Source: Nitrosopumilus sp. (GTDB lineage: Archaea > Thermoproteota > Nitrososphaeria > Nitrososphaerales > Nitrosopumilaceae). From it: 64,000 nt of DNA. The translations under genes were made by a program, and so were the position numbers. Every line of letters starts with the position of its first letter. Position 1 is the first letter of the stretch. The stretch lies in assembly GCA_965204345.1 (NCBI GenBank), contig OZ241981.1, positions 768,001 through 832,000 on the forward strand, given 5' to 3'. Under the pieces are notes generated by a model. That model searched no databases, was not told the DNA's origin, and saw nothing but the letters and a program-made list of their open reading frames with translations. Below, piece after piece: positions 37,693 through 47,454 of the stretch.

Positions 37693-38433
37693 TTATTCTT
37701 CTTTCTTTGGTGTCTCTTTAGCTGGCTCTTCTTTGTTTGGTGCCTCTTTGGCAGGTTCTTCTACTTTGTTTGGCGGTGTCTCTTTAGCTGGCTCTTCTTT
37801 GTTTGGTGCCTCTTTGGCAGGTTCTTCTACTTTGTTTGGCGGTGTCTCTTTAGCTGGCTCTTCTACTTTGTTTGGAGGTGTCTCTTTGGCTGGCTCTTCT
37901 ACTTTGTTTGGCGGTGTCTCTTTAGCTGGTTCTTCTTTGTTTGGTGCCTCTTTGGCTGGTTCTTCTACTTTGTTTGCTGCCTCTTCAGATAACTCCTCTT
38001 TGTTTGGTGCATCTTCAGCTAGTTCTTCGTTGCTTGGTGCATCTTTGGCTAGTTCGTCTTTGTTTGGTGCATCTTTGGCTAGTTCTTCGTTGCTTGGTGC
38101 ATCTTTGGCTGACTCTTCTGCCTTGTCAGAAACTTTTGTGGTTTCTTTTTCAGGAACAACCTTAGTCTCTGCATCCTCATCATATCGTGAAACAAGAACA
38201 TATCCCTCATCAGTTTTACTCATTCTAACTCTAACTTTTCTTGGAGGACTTCTAACTCCTCTGGCCCAAACTTCTTGGGCTAATTCTTCTTCAATTTTGA
38301 TTGTTTGAACTTTCATGTGATGTTGGGCAAATTCCCTAATCATGTTAATTGCCCTAACAGACCTATGTTGAGATTGTGATAGTTTTACTTTGCCTAGATT
38401 AATTGTATAGACCCGTTCTAATTCTTGAGACAT
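37693..38433 (-). CDS. rpl31e: 50S ribosomal protein L31e with long repetitive C-terminal tail
   Basis: ERVYTINL...R...AI..IREF...HMK...VWARG...PPRKVRV in first ~85 aa. Confidence 0.9.
   Translation of the reverse strand: MSQELERVYTINLGKVKLSQSQHRSVRAINMIREFAQHHMKVQTIKIEEELAQEVWARGVRSPPRKVRVRMSKTDEGYVLVSRYDEDAETKVVPEKETTKVSDKAEESAKDAPSNEELAKDAPNKDELAKDAPSNEELAEDAPNKEELSEEAANKVEEPAKEAPNKEEPAKETPPNKVEEPAKETPPNKVEEPAKETPPNKVEEPAKEAPNKEEPAKETPPNKVEEPAKEAPNKEEPAKETPKKEE
37700..38112. repeat. Degenerate 30/33-bp tandem repeats encoding AKDAPSNEEL / EEPAKETPPNKV / EEPAKEAPNK
   Basis: Recurring tttgtttggtgc/ggcggtgtctcttt...gctggctcttc units. Confidence 0.9.
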
Positions 38434-38592
38434 TTATCCTACCTCCACATCAGTTGATCTCCAAGCCCTACGCTTTGGATTTGTTCTAACACTTCTCTTA
38501 GTTTTGAGAATAATCCATGCAGGTATTGCAGACGTCTGTTTAGTCTTCTTCAATAGACGAATTTTCCTTGGAGAGGACTTGCGTGCAGCCAT
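38434..38592 (-). CDS. rpl39e: 50S ribosomal protein L39e (not in ORF track)
   Basis: MAARKSSPRKIRLLKKTKQTSAIPAWIILKTKRSVRTNPKRRAWRSTDVEVG*; immediately upstream of rpl31e. Confidence 0.92.
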   Translation of the reverse strand: MAARKSSPRKIRLLKKTKQTSAIPAWIILKTKRSVRTNPKRRAWRSTDVEVG

Positions 38593-38629
38593 AGATTTTC
38601 AGGCACAGAGAGCTCTTTTTAAATGAATC

Positions 38630-39178
38630 TCAGGATTTTAGGCAATCTCGAATCTGTTTTAATATTCTGGCCGAAGCCCCCCACACAATTTGATTTTGAT
38701 ATTCAAAGGTATACATTTCTTGGATTAAGTTATGAGATGGATCAGAATCCTTTGCCTGAGTTTTTAAAAAAGATTCCAAAGGAATGTGAAAAATTTTTTC
38801 AACCTCAGCATTGGTGTGCAATGTAGGTATCTTGTCAATTACAGATACAAATGGTAAAATCATAAAACCGGAATTTAGCGTTACAACCGGTTCTAACTGA
38901 CCAACGATTTGCGGCTTGGTTATTGTTAGTCCTATTTCTTCACTAGTTTCACGTAATGCCGTCTCCAGGAGATCTGAATCATCAGAATCTAATTTACCGC
39001 CTGGAAATGAAATTTCACCTGCATGGAACTTCATATGTTTTGGTTTTTCAGTCATTACGACAATGGGCTCTTGGCCATAAATTACTACAAGTACTGATGC
39101 CAGGCGATATCTTCTATCAAACTCAATCTTGGGATTAATGTCAGTAGAAAGACGGGATTTTAATTCATCTAAGAGCAT
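38630..39178 (-). CDS. Nudix hydrolase, CoA pyrophosphatase type
   Basis: HAGEISFPGGK...ETALRETSEEIGL; IVWGASA. Confidence 0.88.
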   Translation of the reverse strand: MLLDELKSRLSTDINPKIEFDRRYRLASVLVVIYGQEPIVVMTEKPKHMKFHAGEISFPGGKLDSDDSDLLETALRETSEEIGLTITKPQIVGQLEPVVTLNSGFMILPFVSVIDKIPTLHTNAEVEKIFHIPLESFLKTQAKDSDPSHNLIQEMYTFEYQNQIVWGASARILKQIRDCLKS

Positions 39179-39252
39179 GGGGGTTTTATCCTACCAATCC
39201 ATATGGGTTTTATTATTCAAAGGTTTTAACCAAGGGCAGAAGAATTGAAAAT

Positions 39253-39990
39253 ATGACAATAAGGTATGAAGCTAACCCGCCAAAAATTCTGCCAAACGTA
39301 GATACAAATGAATCAATCCAAAAATTTGTAAATAAAACAAAAATTATTTCAAAAAAATGTGATGCAATTCATATAACTGAAAATGTATTGGGATTTGAGA
39401 GGGTTTCGCCGATTAAAGTCGGGAAAATCATCAAGAAGGAAATTCCAGAGTTGCCAATTACTGTCAGCCTAAGGGTCAGGGACAAAAACGAGGCAGAGAT
39501 TTTAGAATTTGCAGACAAGTGTGCTGCCATAGGTTTTGCGGGTATTTTGATACTAATGGGAGATCATTCCCAAACAGAAAAAGAGGATTCAGGCCAAATT
39601 CCAAGTTCGGTAGTAAAGAGACTAAAGGAGCAGGGAATTGATTCAAAGATTGACCTGTATCTTTCAATATCAAACAAGCCTAATTTCTCCAAAATTGTAA
39701 AAAAGCTGGATGCAAAACCCAAAGGCTTTATGACACAGGTTATTCAAAATATTGAACAGGTCCAAAATTTATCAAGCAATCTGAAAGGATTTTCACTAGT
39801 TCCAATTCTGCTATACCCATCACCTAAAAATGAAAGATCTGCAAAATTTTTGAATTTGGATTTGACATCATATGGCCAGGAATTCGAGGAGCTAGTACAC
39901 AAGACACACGAGATAACAGGAGACGTATTGATTACATCCCCTAATGACTTTGGCGGATTAAATGAATTCTTGGAAAAGTTATCCAATTAG
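39253..39990 (+). CDS. Methylenetetrahydrofolate reductase-like protein
   Basis: E.NPPK, I.ITEN, RVRD.N, IL.GD, FMTQ; adjacent to methionine synthase genes. Confidence 0.7.
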   Translation: MTIRYEANPPKILPNVDTNESIQKFVNKTKIISKKCDAIHITENVLGFERVSPIKVGKIIKKEIPELPITVSLRVRDKNEAEILEFADKCAAIGFAGILILMGDHSQTEKEDSGQIPSSVVKRLKEQGIDSKIDLYLSISNKPNFSKIVKKLDAKPKGFMTQVIQNIEQVQNLSSNLKGFSLVPILLYPSPKNERSAKFLNLDLTSYGQEFEELVHKTHEITGDVLITSPNDFGGLNEFLEKLSN

Positions 39991-42488
39991 AGAACAAAAT
40001 ATTTCGCTTCTGGATGATGAACCACTATTGCAGCAGTTGATTGCTCTGGAATAATTTGGCCCGATTCAGTCAAGGTCATTCCAGATTTTTCAGGCTGTAG
40101 CAGTTTCCATACTAGATGATGCTGTGCCACGTCAGGACAGCTGGGAAATCCCCAGCTATACCGTAGTCCGCCTTTTTCCAAGCCTAATTCAGATTTTATT
40201 TTTTGATTGACCCATTCGGCCAACGCTTCGGCAACCTCAACTGCCAATCCGTGCAGATAGTATGCATCAGTGTACTTGTCTTCCTTGTTCCACTGTTCAA
40301 TAATATTTGCCACCTTATTTCCCACAGTTACAGACTGAAATGCAACAACATCGTCATTTCCAAAATAATCAGCAAGACAAAGATGATCAGATTTGGCAGA
40401 GCGTGGAAAGTCCAATTCGACGTCATCGCCAACAGGATTCTCAACTAACAGTCTTCTGCCCTTGTTATGACACCTAAAATACCCATAAACAATTTCAGGT
40501 TCAAACAGTTTTTCTCTAATTATTCTTGCCTTCCATTCTACAAGCAGCTGCTCATGTTCGGCCTCAGATTCAGAACCGGCCTTTCCACGCAGTCCCCAAG
40601 ACAGTTTGAATAGGGATTTTTTATCAATCATGGTCCAGACTTTATTCATGTTGATTTGATCGAGTTTGAGTCTAATTGGCTCTCCAATTCCCGGAGGTTT
40701 AGGCGCACAGACAGGCCTAACCTCACTTTTTGGTATGGTATCAGGATCAACTGTTGCAGCAGATTTATCCCTCCAGTTCTCTAGTTTTTCTTTCCAATCA
40801 ACTAGGAATTTTGTCTTTTCATCAGAGACTAGTACATCCATTGTTTTTAGTCCTTCAAACATGGTGTTGCAATAAAACACGCCAGGATCATAGATTCCAT
40901 CTTCTTTTGCTATTCGATTAATGTAATTGCTGTTAATTGCAGCTCCGCCACAAAGAATCGGCATATTCATGTTATTTTTTCTTGCGTGTTCCACAAAGAA
41001 TTCCATTTGCTTTGAAGTAGATACCAGTAATGCAGACAGTCCTATTGCATCAGGTTTTGTCTCATCTATTTTTTCAAGGAATTTCTGCAGTGGAACCTGT
41101 TTTCCCAAGTCGTGTACCGTGTATCCGTTATTCTGAAAAATGGTCTTCACAAGGTTTTTGCCAATGTCATGAACATCGCCATAAACCGTACCCAAAACCA
41201 GTACGCCCTTACTGATGCCCTCCTCTTTAACCAGGTACTTTTCTAATTCACCAACAGCAGCTTTCATGCATTCGGCAGATTTTAGGACAAATGGCAAAAT
41301 CAGCTCTCCTGCGCCAAACTTATCTCCAACCTCCTTCATGGCAGGAAGCAGGTCCTCATTGAGGGCTTTGATGGCACCATCATGAGTGATTTCCTTTGTG
41401 GCATCAAGGGACAGTATTCCGTCAACATCTCTGATAATCTCATTTTTTCCAAGCTTCTCTGCAATTGCAGATACCACGTCATTTTGAATCCCATTTTTGA
41501 GCCGATTTACAATTCTGAAATTTACTCGTTTTCCTGCAGGCCAAGAAGGATCAACGTCAACTTTCTTGGAGGCCGTACTGCCTTGGGGCTGCCCCTCATT
41601 TTCAAAATAAGTAACTAAATCAGCCAGTGCGTTTGAATGAACATTAAAGACTAGATCCTCTGCAAGTTTTCTTTCTTTCCCATCAATTTCTCCATACGGA
41701 ATAATTTCTTTGGCATTAACAATTGCAGAATCAAGACCAGCTTTGACAGCATGATACAAGAATACAGAATTTAGAACTTTCCTAGCATATGGAGACAGTC
41801 CAAAGCTGATGTTGCTTAGTCCCAGGGTGGTAAAGGAATCAGGGAATTTCTCTTTGACCAGCTTAATTCCTTCAAGGGTATTCTTTCCTGCATCAAGAAA
41901 CTCATCTTCGCCTGTTGCCAAGGTAAATGTAAGAACGTCAAAAATGAACTGTTCTATCTTTAATCCATACTTTTTTCCTGTTTCATAAAGCAGCTCTGCT
42001 GTGTCAGCTTTTTGTTGAGGGGTTTTTGCCATGCCCTCAGGCCCGATACAGAGGGCAATTGCAGGCAAACCATACTTTGCCATTATAGGAGCGAGTCTTT
42101 CAAATCTGCTTCCATCACCCTCAAGGTTAATTGAATTAATTATCGGCCTTCCGGGAATTTGAGTGACAGATGATTCTATTACCTGAGGATCTGTAGAGTC
42201 AATTACAAGAGGGGCATCAATTTCCAGGCTCAGTCTCTTTACCAGATTTAACATGAATTCACGCTCATCTGCACGCTCTGTGGTTGCAACACAGACATCA
42301 AGGCAGTGAGCACCGTCCTCAACTTGTACCCTGCCCAAATCTAGCAGGCCGTCATAATCATCTGCAAGAACCAGCTTCTTTGCCCTGCGTGAACCCTGAG
42401 TGTTAATTCTCTCTCCAATAATCAGGGGGGCAGGAATCTGTTTTAGATCAACTGCTTTTAGTGCCGAACTTACTCTTGGAACAGTCAA
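39987..42488 (-). CDS. metH: B12-dependent methionine synthase, pterin-binding + cobalamin-binding + activation domains
   Basis: IIGERIN, IDST, INSINLE, GLSNISFG, TVYGDVHDIGKN, SALL, RYSWGFP.CPD, PEQST.A...HHP. Confidence 0.92.
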   Translation of the reverse strand: MTVPRVSSALKAVDLKQIPAPLIIGERINTQGSRRAKKLVLADDYDGLLDLGRVQVEDGAHCLDVCVATTERADEREFMLNLVKRLSLEIDAPLVIDSTDPQVIESSVTQIPGRPIINSINLEGDGSRFERLAPIMAKYGLPAIALCIGPEGMAKTPQQKADTAELLYETGKKYGLKIEQFIFDVLTFTLATGEDEFLDAGKNTLEGIKLVKEKFPDSFTTLGLSNISFGLSPYARKVLNSVFLYHAVKAGLDSAIVNAKEIIPYGEIDGKERKLAEDLVFNVHSNALADLVTYFENEGQPQGSTASKKVDVDPSWPAGKRVNFRIVNRLKNGIQNDVVSAIAEKLGKNEIIRDVDGILSLDATKEITHDGAIKALNEDLLPAMKEVGDKFGAGELILPFVLKSAECMKAAVGELEKYLVKEEGISKGVLVLGTVYGDVHDIGKNLVKTIFQNNGYTVHDLGKQVPLQKFLEKIDETKPDAIGLSALLVSTSKQMEFFVEHARKNNMNMPILCGGAAINSNYINRIAKEDGIYDPGVFYCNTMFEGLKTMDVLVSDEKTKFLVDWKEKLENWRDKSAATVDPDTIPKSEVRPVCAPKPPGIGEPIRLKLDQINMNKVWTMIDKKSLFKLSWGLRGKAGSESEAEHEQLLVEWKARIIREKLFEPEIVYGYFRCHNKGRRLLVENPVGDDVELDFPRSAKSDHLCLADYFGNDDVVAFQSVTVGNKVANIIEQWNKEDKYTDAYYLHGLAVEVAEALAEWVNQKIKSELGLEKGGLRYSWGFPSCPDVAQHHLVWKLLQPEKSGMTLTESGQIIPEQSTAAIVVHHPEAKYFVL

Positions 42489-42520
42489 TATAACAAAATC
42501 ACATCTGTTTTTCTAAATAC

Positions 42521-43483
42521 TTAACCCTCTATAGAGTTGGCTTTTTGGTCAATTACTTTCCTCAAGACCCTGATGTGTTCAGGATTTGTCCCACAGCAGC
42601 CTCCAATGATTCGAACTCTTTTGTACTCGTTAAGAAAATCACCCAATGCATCACCCATTTTTTCAGGAGTCATTTTGTAGACTGCCTGGCCTCCATCATT
42701 TTCAGGCATGCCGGCATTTGGGACGACTAACACGCCGTGTTCATTTTGTTCGTCCAGCCACCTTACACTTGGAGTCATTTCAACAGGACCAGTGGAGCAA
42801 TTCAGCCCAAAAACATCAATGCCCATATCAGACACAGTAGTGTATGCGGCCTGAACATTGGTACCAAGCAGCATCTTTCCATATTGATCCAGGGTGATGT
42901 TTGCAATGATGGGAATTTTTTTGCCGGTTTTTTTTATGGAATTATGACATGCCTCAATGACGAGTTTTACCTCAAGAATGTCCTGACTTGTTTCAACAAG
43001 CAATGCATCAACGCCTCCTAGAATCAATCCTTCTGACTGCAGCTCAAATGCCTCACGTATTTCATCTAGGGGCTTTTGGCCCAAATCAGGATCGTTAGAA
43101 CTTGGCAGATAGCCGGTAGGTCCCATTGATCCAATCACATACCGAGGTTTGTCAGAATACTCGCTGCAGACCTCAAATGCAAGCGCTGCAATTTTTCTGT
43201 TAAATTCCACAGTTTGATCACCAAAGCCATATTCGTCAAGCTTAATTTTATTTGAGCCAAAAGAGTTTGTCTCAATGCAATCAGAACCTGCATCCAGATA
43301 ACTCCTATGAATTTGTCTGATCCATTCAGGATGCGTCAATACCAATCCGTCATTGAATCCGTCCTGATCATTGGGAAAATCTTCAGGCTTGGGATCATGT
43401 CTTTGAATTTCAGTTCCCATCGCACCATCAAATAACAATACGCGATTTTGTATTGCATCAAGGAAGGATTCTTTTTCTGCCAA
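42521..43483 (-). CDS. Methionine synthase homocysteine-binding domain (split MetH N-terminal part)
   Basis: FDGAMGT, ETN.FG, GLNCSTGP, PNAGMP, IIGGCCGT.PEHI; start uncertain (TTG 43483 or 43510). Confidence 0.9.
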   Translation of the reverse strand: MAEKESFLDAIQNRVLLFDGAMGTEIQRHDPKPEDFPNDQDGFNDGLVLTHPEWIRQIHRSYLDAGSDCIETNSFGSNKIKLDEYGFGDQTVEFNRKIAALAFEVCSEYSDKPRYVIGSMGPTGYLPSSNDPDLGQKPLDEIREAFELQSEGLILGGVDALLVETSQDILEVKLVIEACHNSIKKTGKKIPIIANITLDQYGKMLLGTNVQAAYTTVSDMGIDVFGLNCSTGPVEMTPSVRWLDEQNEHGVLVVPNAGMPENDGGQAVYKMTPEKMGDALGDFLNEYKRVRIIGGCCGTNPEHIRVLRKVIDQKANSIEG

Positions 43484-43597
43484 CTTCTTAATCTCAAAAC
43501 ACTCTAACACAGTTTAACTCTTTTCAGAAAAGGCAGCAAAAAATGCATGGCTGATACGTATGTTGAAATTAGGTCAGAGATGATTTTTTGCATATTT

Positions 43598-44698
43598 ATG
43601 CAAAAGTTACCAGTTAACAATCTCGTTCGTAGTGCCACCTTTTTTCAACATGCAGGAATCTCCATAGTTTTTGTTTTCATGCCCATTATTGCAAGGGGAG
43701 TAACAGAATCTATTTTCGAGATTGGGCTATTGGTGGCATCATTTAGCTTTGCTCAAATTTTATCTGAGATTTATTTTGGAAGGCACTCAGACAAGAAAGG
43801 AACTAGGCTCAAATTCATCAGAATCGGCTTCATAGGGTGTGCCATTACGTTTGGATTGCACTATTTTGCAGATGATCTCTCCATGTTCTTTCTGGTAAGA
43901 ATTCTTGCAGGTGTTGCAAGCGGGATTATGATTCCGGCCATGATTGCATATACCTACGAGGCAAACATTGACAAAAAAAGAGCGGCCACAGTGATTTCAT
44001 TTCACGCATTAGGGTGGCTGGCAGGAATTGCAGCTGCGGGATTAACAAATGATCTAAAACTAATTTTCTTGATCAGTGCAGCGTCATTTGTTGCAGGATT
44101 GATTTTTACGGCAAGGCTGCCAAGCCCAAAACAGGAAAAAGAGGTAGAGGCTGGAACCACAAAAAGGGTAATTTCAAAAAACAGGTTCCTCTTTTTGTCA
44201 TTGTTACTAAGGCATATAGGAGCTGCCGCGGTGTGGACCATCCTTCCAATCATAATTGTGGAAAAATGGGGGGGAGAACTTTATCACATTTCAATTGTAT
44301 ATGTCGCAAACACGCTGACAGCGTTTATTGTAATGAACGTAATGGTAAGTAAGATTCATCTCTCCAATGTCACTAAATTCAAAATTGGAATTGGATGCAC
44401 GACGTTTGTCTTTATAGGGTTGTCTCTTGTTACGGAATGGTGGATGGCAATGCCATTTATGTCACTTGTGGGTGCAACATGGGCATTTTTGTTTATTGGG
44501 GGAAACTTTCACCTAATGGATAACAATCCAAAGTCCACGTCAACTGGGATATTTAGCTCAACGTTATCTATTGCAACAGTTATTGGTCCTGTAATAGCAG
44601 GAACAATTGCATTTGCAACCAATTATGTTGCAGTAATGTATTTTGCAATAGCAATAATCATCTGTGCATTTGTAGTGTCACTGAAAATAAAAAAATAA
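43598..44698 (+). CDS. MFS transporter
   Basis: About 12 hydrophobic segments; motif A-like FGRHSDKKG.R. Confidence 0.85.
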   Translation: MQKLPVNNLVRSATFFQHAGISIVFVFMPIIARGVTESIFEIGLLVASFSFAQILSEIYFGRHSDKKGTRLKFIRIGFIGCAITFGLHYFADDLSMFFLVRILAGVASGIMIPAMIAYTYEANIDKKRAATVISFHALGWLAGIAAAGLTNDLKLIFLISAASFVAGLIFTARLPSPKQEKEVEAGTTKRVISKNRFLFLSLLLRHIGAAAVWTILPIIIVEKWGGELYHISIVYVANTLTAFIVMNVMVSKIHLSNVTKFKIGIGCTTFVFIGLSLVTEWWMAMPFMSLVGATWAFLFIGGNFHLMDNNPKSTSTGIFSSTLSIATVIGPVIAGTIAFATNYVAVMYFAIAIIICAFVVSLKIKK

Positions 44699-44769
44699 GA
44701 TAGCAGAATGTATCATCACCTGTTAGCTCATTTTGGAGATTTAAAAAACGGGAATTATTTACAGGTTAT

Positions 44770-45525
44770 CTAAAACCCCCAACGGGACATTACCTTATCT
44801 TCAAGTCTTTTGAAAATGACGCCATCAACAACCAATCCAATTGCCATGATTATTACCATAATACCGATTACTTGAGACACGTCATTAAGAGAGCGTCCTG
44901 CATTAAGAAAGAATCCCAAGCCCAGGTAGGAAAACAGTATCTCAGCGCCAATCACGCCTCTCCAAGCAAACGCCCAGCCTTGCTTAAAACCAGAAATCAT
45001 GTATGGAAATGCCGCAGGAATCAGCACTGCGGTAATTAGTTGGCTGCCCTTGGCACCCATATTTCGTGCAGCCTCTATATAGTGAGGATCGATATTCTTG
45101 ACTCCGGTGTACGTATTGATTGTAACTGCAAAAATGGCACCAATGGCTGTGACAAAAATTATTCCGCTATCTGTCAGACCAAACCAAAGTATTGCCAATG
45201 GAACCCAAGCAATGGAAGGAATTGATTGCAGTCCCAGAACCAAAGAACCAACTGTCTGGTTGATTGCCTCAACTCTTGCCATAAAAATTCCAAGTACGAT
45301 CCCACCGCCAATTGCAATTCCTAGGCCAACTGACAGCCTCCACATGCTAGTTCCGATTCCGTAAAGCAGGCTGCCATCAGAGACGCCATATGCCAGATCT
45401 TCGGCTACTTCGTATGGAGATGGAAAAATATTGTCAGGCCATATTCCAACCATGGCAACAACCTGCCAAACAACTACAAGACTTACATAAAATACAATCC
45501 TATGGGGAGTAAAATTTTTTGCCAT
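44770..45525 (-). CDS. ABC transporter permease, nitrate/sulfonate/bicarbonate family
   Basis: P.IAWVPLAILWFG, EAARNMGA loop, W...IGAE. Confidence 0.9.
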   Translation of the reverse strand: MAKNFTPHRIVFYVSLVVVWQVVAMVGIWPDNIFPSPYEVAEDLAYGVSDGSLLYGIGTSMWRLSVGLGIAIGGGIVLGIFMARVEAINQTVGSLVLGLQSIPSIAWVPLAILWFGLTDSGIIFVTAIGAIFAVTINTYTGVKNIDPHYIEAARNMGAKGSQLITAVLIPAAFPYMISGFKQGWAFAWRGVIGAEILFSYLGLGFFLNAGRSLNDVSQVIGIMVIIMAIGLVVDGVIFKRLEDKVMSRWGF

Positions 45526-45530
45526 GATAA

Positions 45531-46295
45531 TCACTCTTTGTTTTTCTTTACCTCAGGCCGAAGCTCTGCCAGGACATCCTGCTGGAATTTCTTTAGGATT
45601 TCGTCTTCAGGAATTCTAGGTCTTGGAAAATCATTGTCAACTTCCTTTTTAATTACTGATGGACGATTGCTGAAAACTGCCACCTTGGTTCCAAGAACAG
45701 CCGCCTCTGAAACACTGTGGGTTACAAACAAAATGGTCTTCTTTGTCTTTTCCCAAATCAATTGCATTTCAACTAAAAGCAAGTCACGAGTTTGTGCATC
45801 AAGTGCTGCAAACGGTTCATCCATTAGCAGCACATCAGGGTCCATCACAAGTGCTCTTGCAATAGCTACACGCTGCTTCATTCCTGTGGAAAGCTGATAG
45901 GTGTACGAGTCTGCAAATTTTGTCAGCTGCATCATATCCAGGTATCTGTGGGATATCTTTGCTCGTTCTGCTTTTGGGATACCGGCCATTTTTAAGCCAA
46001 ATTCTACGTTATCTTGAACCTTAAGCCAGGGAAACAAGGCTCCCTCTTGGAACACCATAATTCTTTCTGGACCAGTTTCAGTTACATTGCGGCCATCAAA
46101 GAGGATCTGGCCCTCATCAGGACTCTCCAGGCCTGCAACTATGCGCAAAAATGTGGATTTGCCACATCCTGAAGGACCAACTAGACATACAAAGTCGCCA
46201 GCCTCAACTTTTAGGTTTATGCCGCCAAGTGCCGTAAGCTTGTGAGAGTCATGGCGGAAATACTTTACAATATTTTTTGCCTCAAGTTTGGTCAT
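45531..46295 (-). CDS. ABC transporter ATP-binding protein, nitrate/sulfonate family
   Basis: GPSGCGKST, LSTGMKQR, LMDEPF.ALD, VTHS..EA. Confidence 0.92.
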   Translation of the reverse strand: MTKLEAKNIVKYFRHDSHKLTALGGINLKVEAGDFVCLVGPSGCGKSTFLRIVAGLESPDEGQILFDGRNVTETGPERIMVFQEGALFPWLKVQDNVEFGLKMAGIPKAERAKISHRYLDMMQLTKFADSYTYQLSTGMKQRVAIARALVMDPDVLLMDEPFAALDAQTRDLLLVEMQLIWEKTKKTILFVTHSVSEAAVLGTKVAVFSNRPSVIKKEVDNDFPRPRIPEDEILKKFQQDVLAELRPEVKKNKE

Positions 46296-47323
46296 GTGCT
46301 ACTACCTCCATCAGCGGCAGAATTTGTATCAAAGTAGTAAAAAATACCAGACAAATCATATCCATTTCTTCCAAGATATCCCAGCGCGTCAGATTTTTGA
46401 GCAAATGAATAAACAGAGTCATGTATTGGATCTGCTGTAATTACAAGATTAGACAGGGCAACATCTACCACATCATCAGATAAGGACTGACCAAGATGGG
46501 AATTTAAAAAATCATTAAAAACAACCCGGGTCTCCACGGGATTTTGATTAATCCAAATTGCCGTTTTATTGTGGGAATCCAGAAAACTGGAAATTAGTTC
46601 AGGGTTCTTTTCCACATAATCAGAGTTTGCAATTAACAAAACAGACGCAAACTCTTGGTTTGGCCAAAGGTCTTCTTCATGGAATAGTCGCTTTCCATTT
46701 AATTCAGTCTCCAAAATGGTAGCCCATGGCTCTGCAACCCAAGCGCCGTCAATATCCCCTTTAACAAATAATGTAAAGATGTCAGGATTTGGAATATTGT
46801 AAACTACAACAGAGCCGCCTTTTTCAGCAGTTCTCAATCCGTGTTCGGAGAGATAGTGACGCAGGGATACGTCCTGAGTATTACCAATTTGAGGAGCGGC
46901 AATTTTTTTTCCATCAAAATCAGAAAAAGAATTGATTTCAGATTGAGGATGAACGATAAAGCTTGCACCGCCGCTTGCAGCACCAGAAAGAATCTTTACG
47001 TTGTCATTTTCAGAATTTAAAAATCCGTTTATTGCAGGGCCCGGTCCGACATATGCTAGATCAACTGAACTAGCAAAGAGGGATTCGATTGCCTGCGGAC
47101 CGCTATCAAAGACTCTGGTTTCAATTTTTATCTGATCACCGAGGCTATCTTGGAAAAAGCCCTTCTCCATCCCAACTATAGGAATGGCATGTCCAATATT
47201 TGGAAAATATGCAATTCGAAGTTTAGAATCATGTGTTTTATCGTCGTTACCAAGACTAATTCCTAGTGCAGATAGCAATACAACGGCTGTAATGCCTGAA
47301 AAAAGGACATACTGAGTTTTCAT
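46292..47323 (-). CDS. ABC transporter substrate-binding protein, SsuA/TauA-like
   Basis: N-terminal anchor, YFPNI.HA, GPGPAIN, PQIGNTQD, EPW. Confidence 0.85.
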   Translation of the reverse strand: MKTQYVLFSGITAVVLLSALGISLGNDDKTHDSKLRIAYFPNIGHAIPIVGMEKGFFQDSLGDQIKIETRVFDSGPQAIESLFASSVDLAYVGPGPAINGFLNSENDNVKILSGAASGGASFIVHPQSEINSFSDFDGKKIAAPQIGNTQDVSLRHYLSEHGLRTAEKGGSVVVYNIPNPDIFTLFVKGDIDGAWVAEPWATILETELNGKRLFHEEDLWPNQEFASVLLIANSDYVEKNPELISSFLDSHNKTAIWINQNPVETRVVFNDFLNSHLGQSLSDDVVDVALSNLVITADPIHDSVYSFAQKSDALGYLGRNGYDLSGIFYYFDTNSAADGGSST

Positions 47324-47454
47324 AAAACAGCGTTATATTTGATGGTTAAATAATCATCGAATTTTAGCTCAAGCTAGCCAGAAATTTTTAAAAATAATTT
47401 ATTTAAAGCCTAGCATAAAAGATAAATTCCAAAATATGACGGAAAAGATGTTTT

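Noticed and set aside
37733-38308. 191-aa Gly/Ser/Leu-rich plus-strand ORF
   Set aside because: Antisense shadow of the rpl31e repeat tail.
39987-43510. Split methionine synthase as a pseudogene
   Set aside because: Both parts keep their catalytic motifs with clean stop and start; split MetH is a known arrangement.
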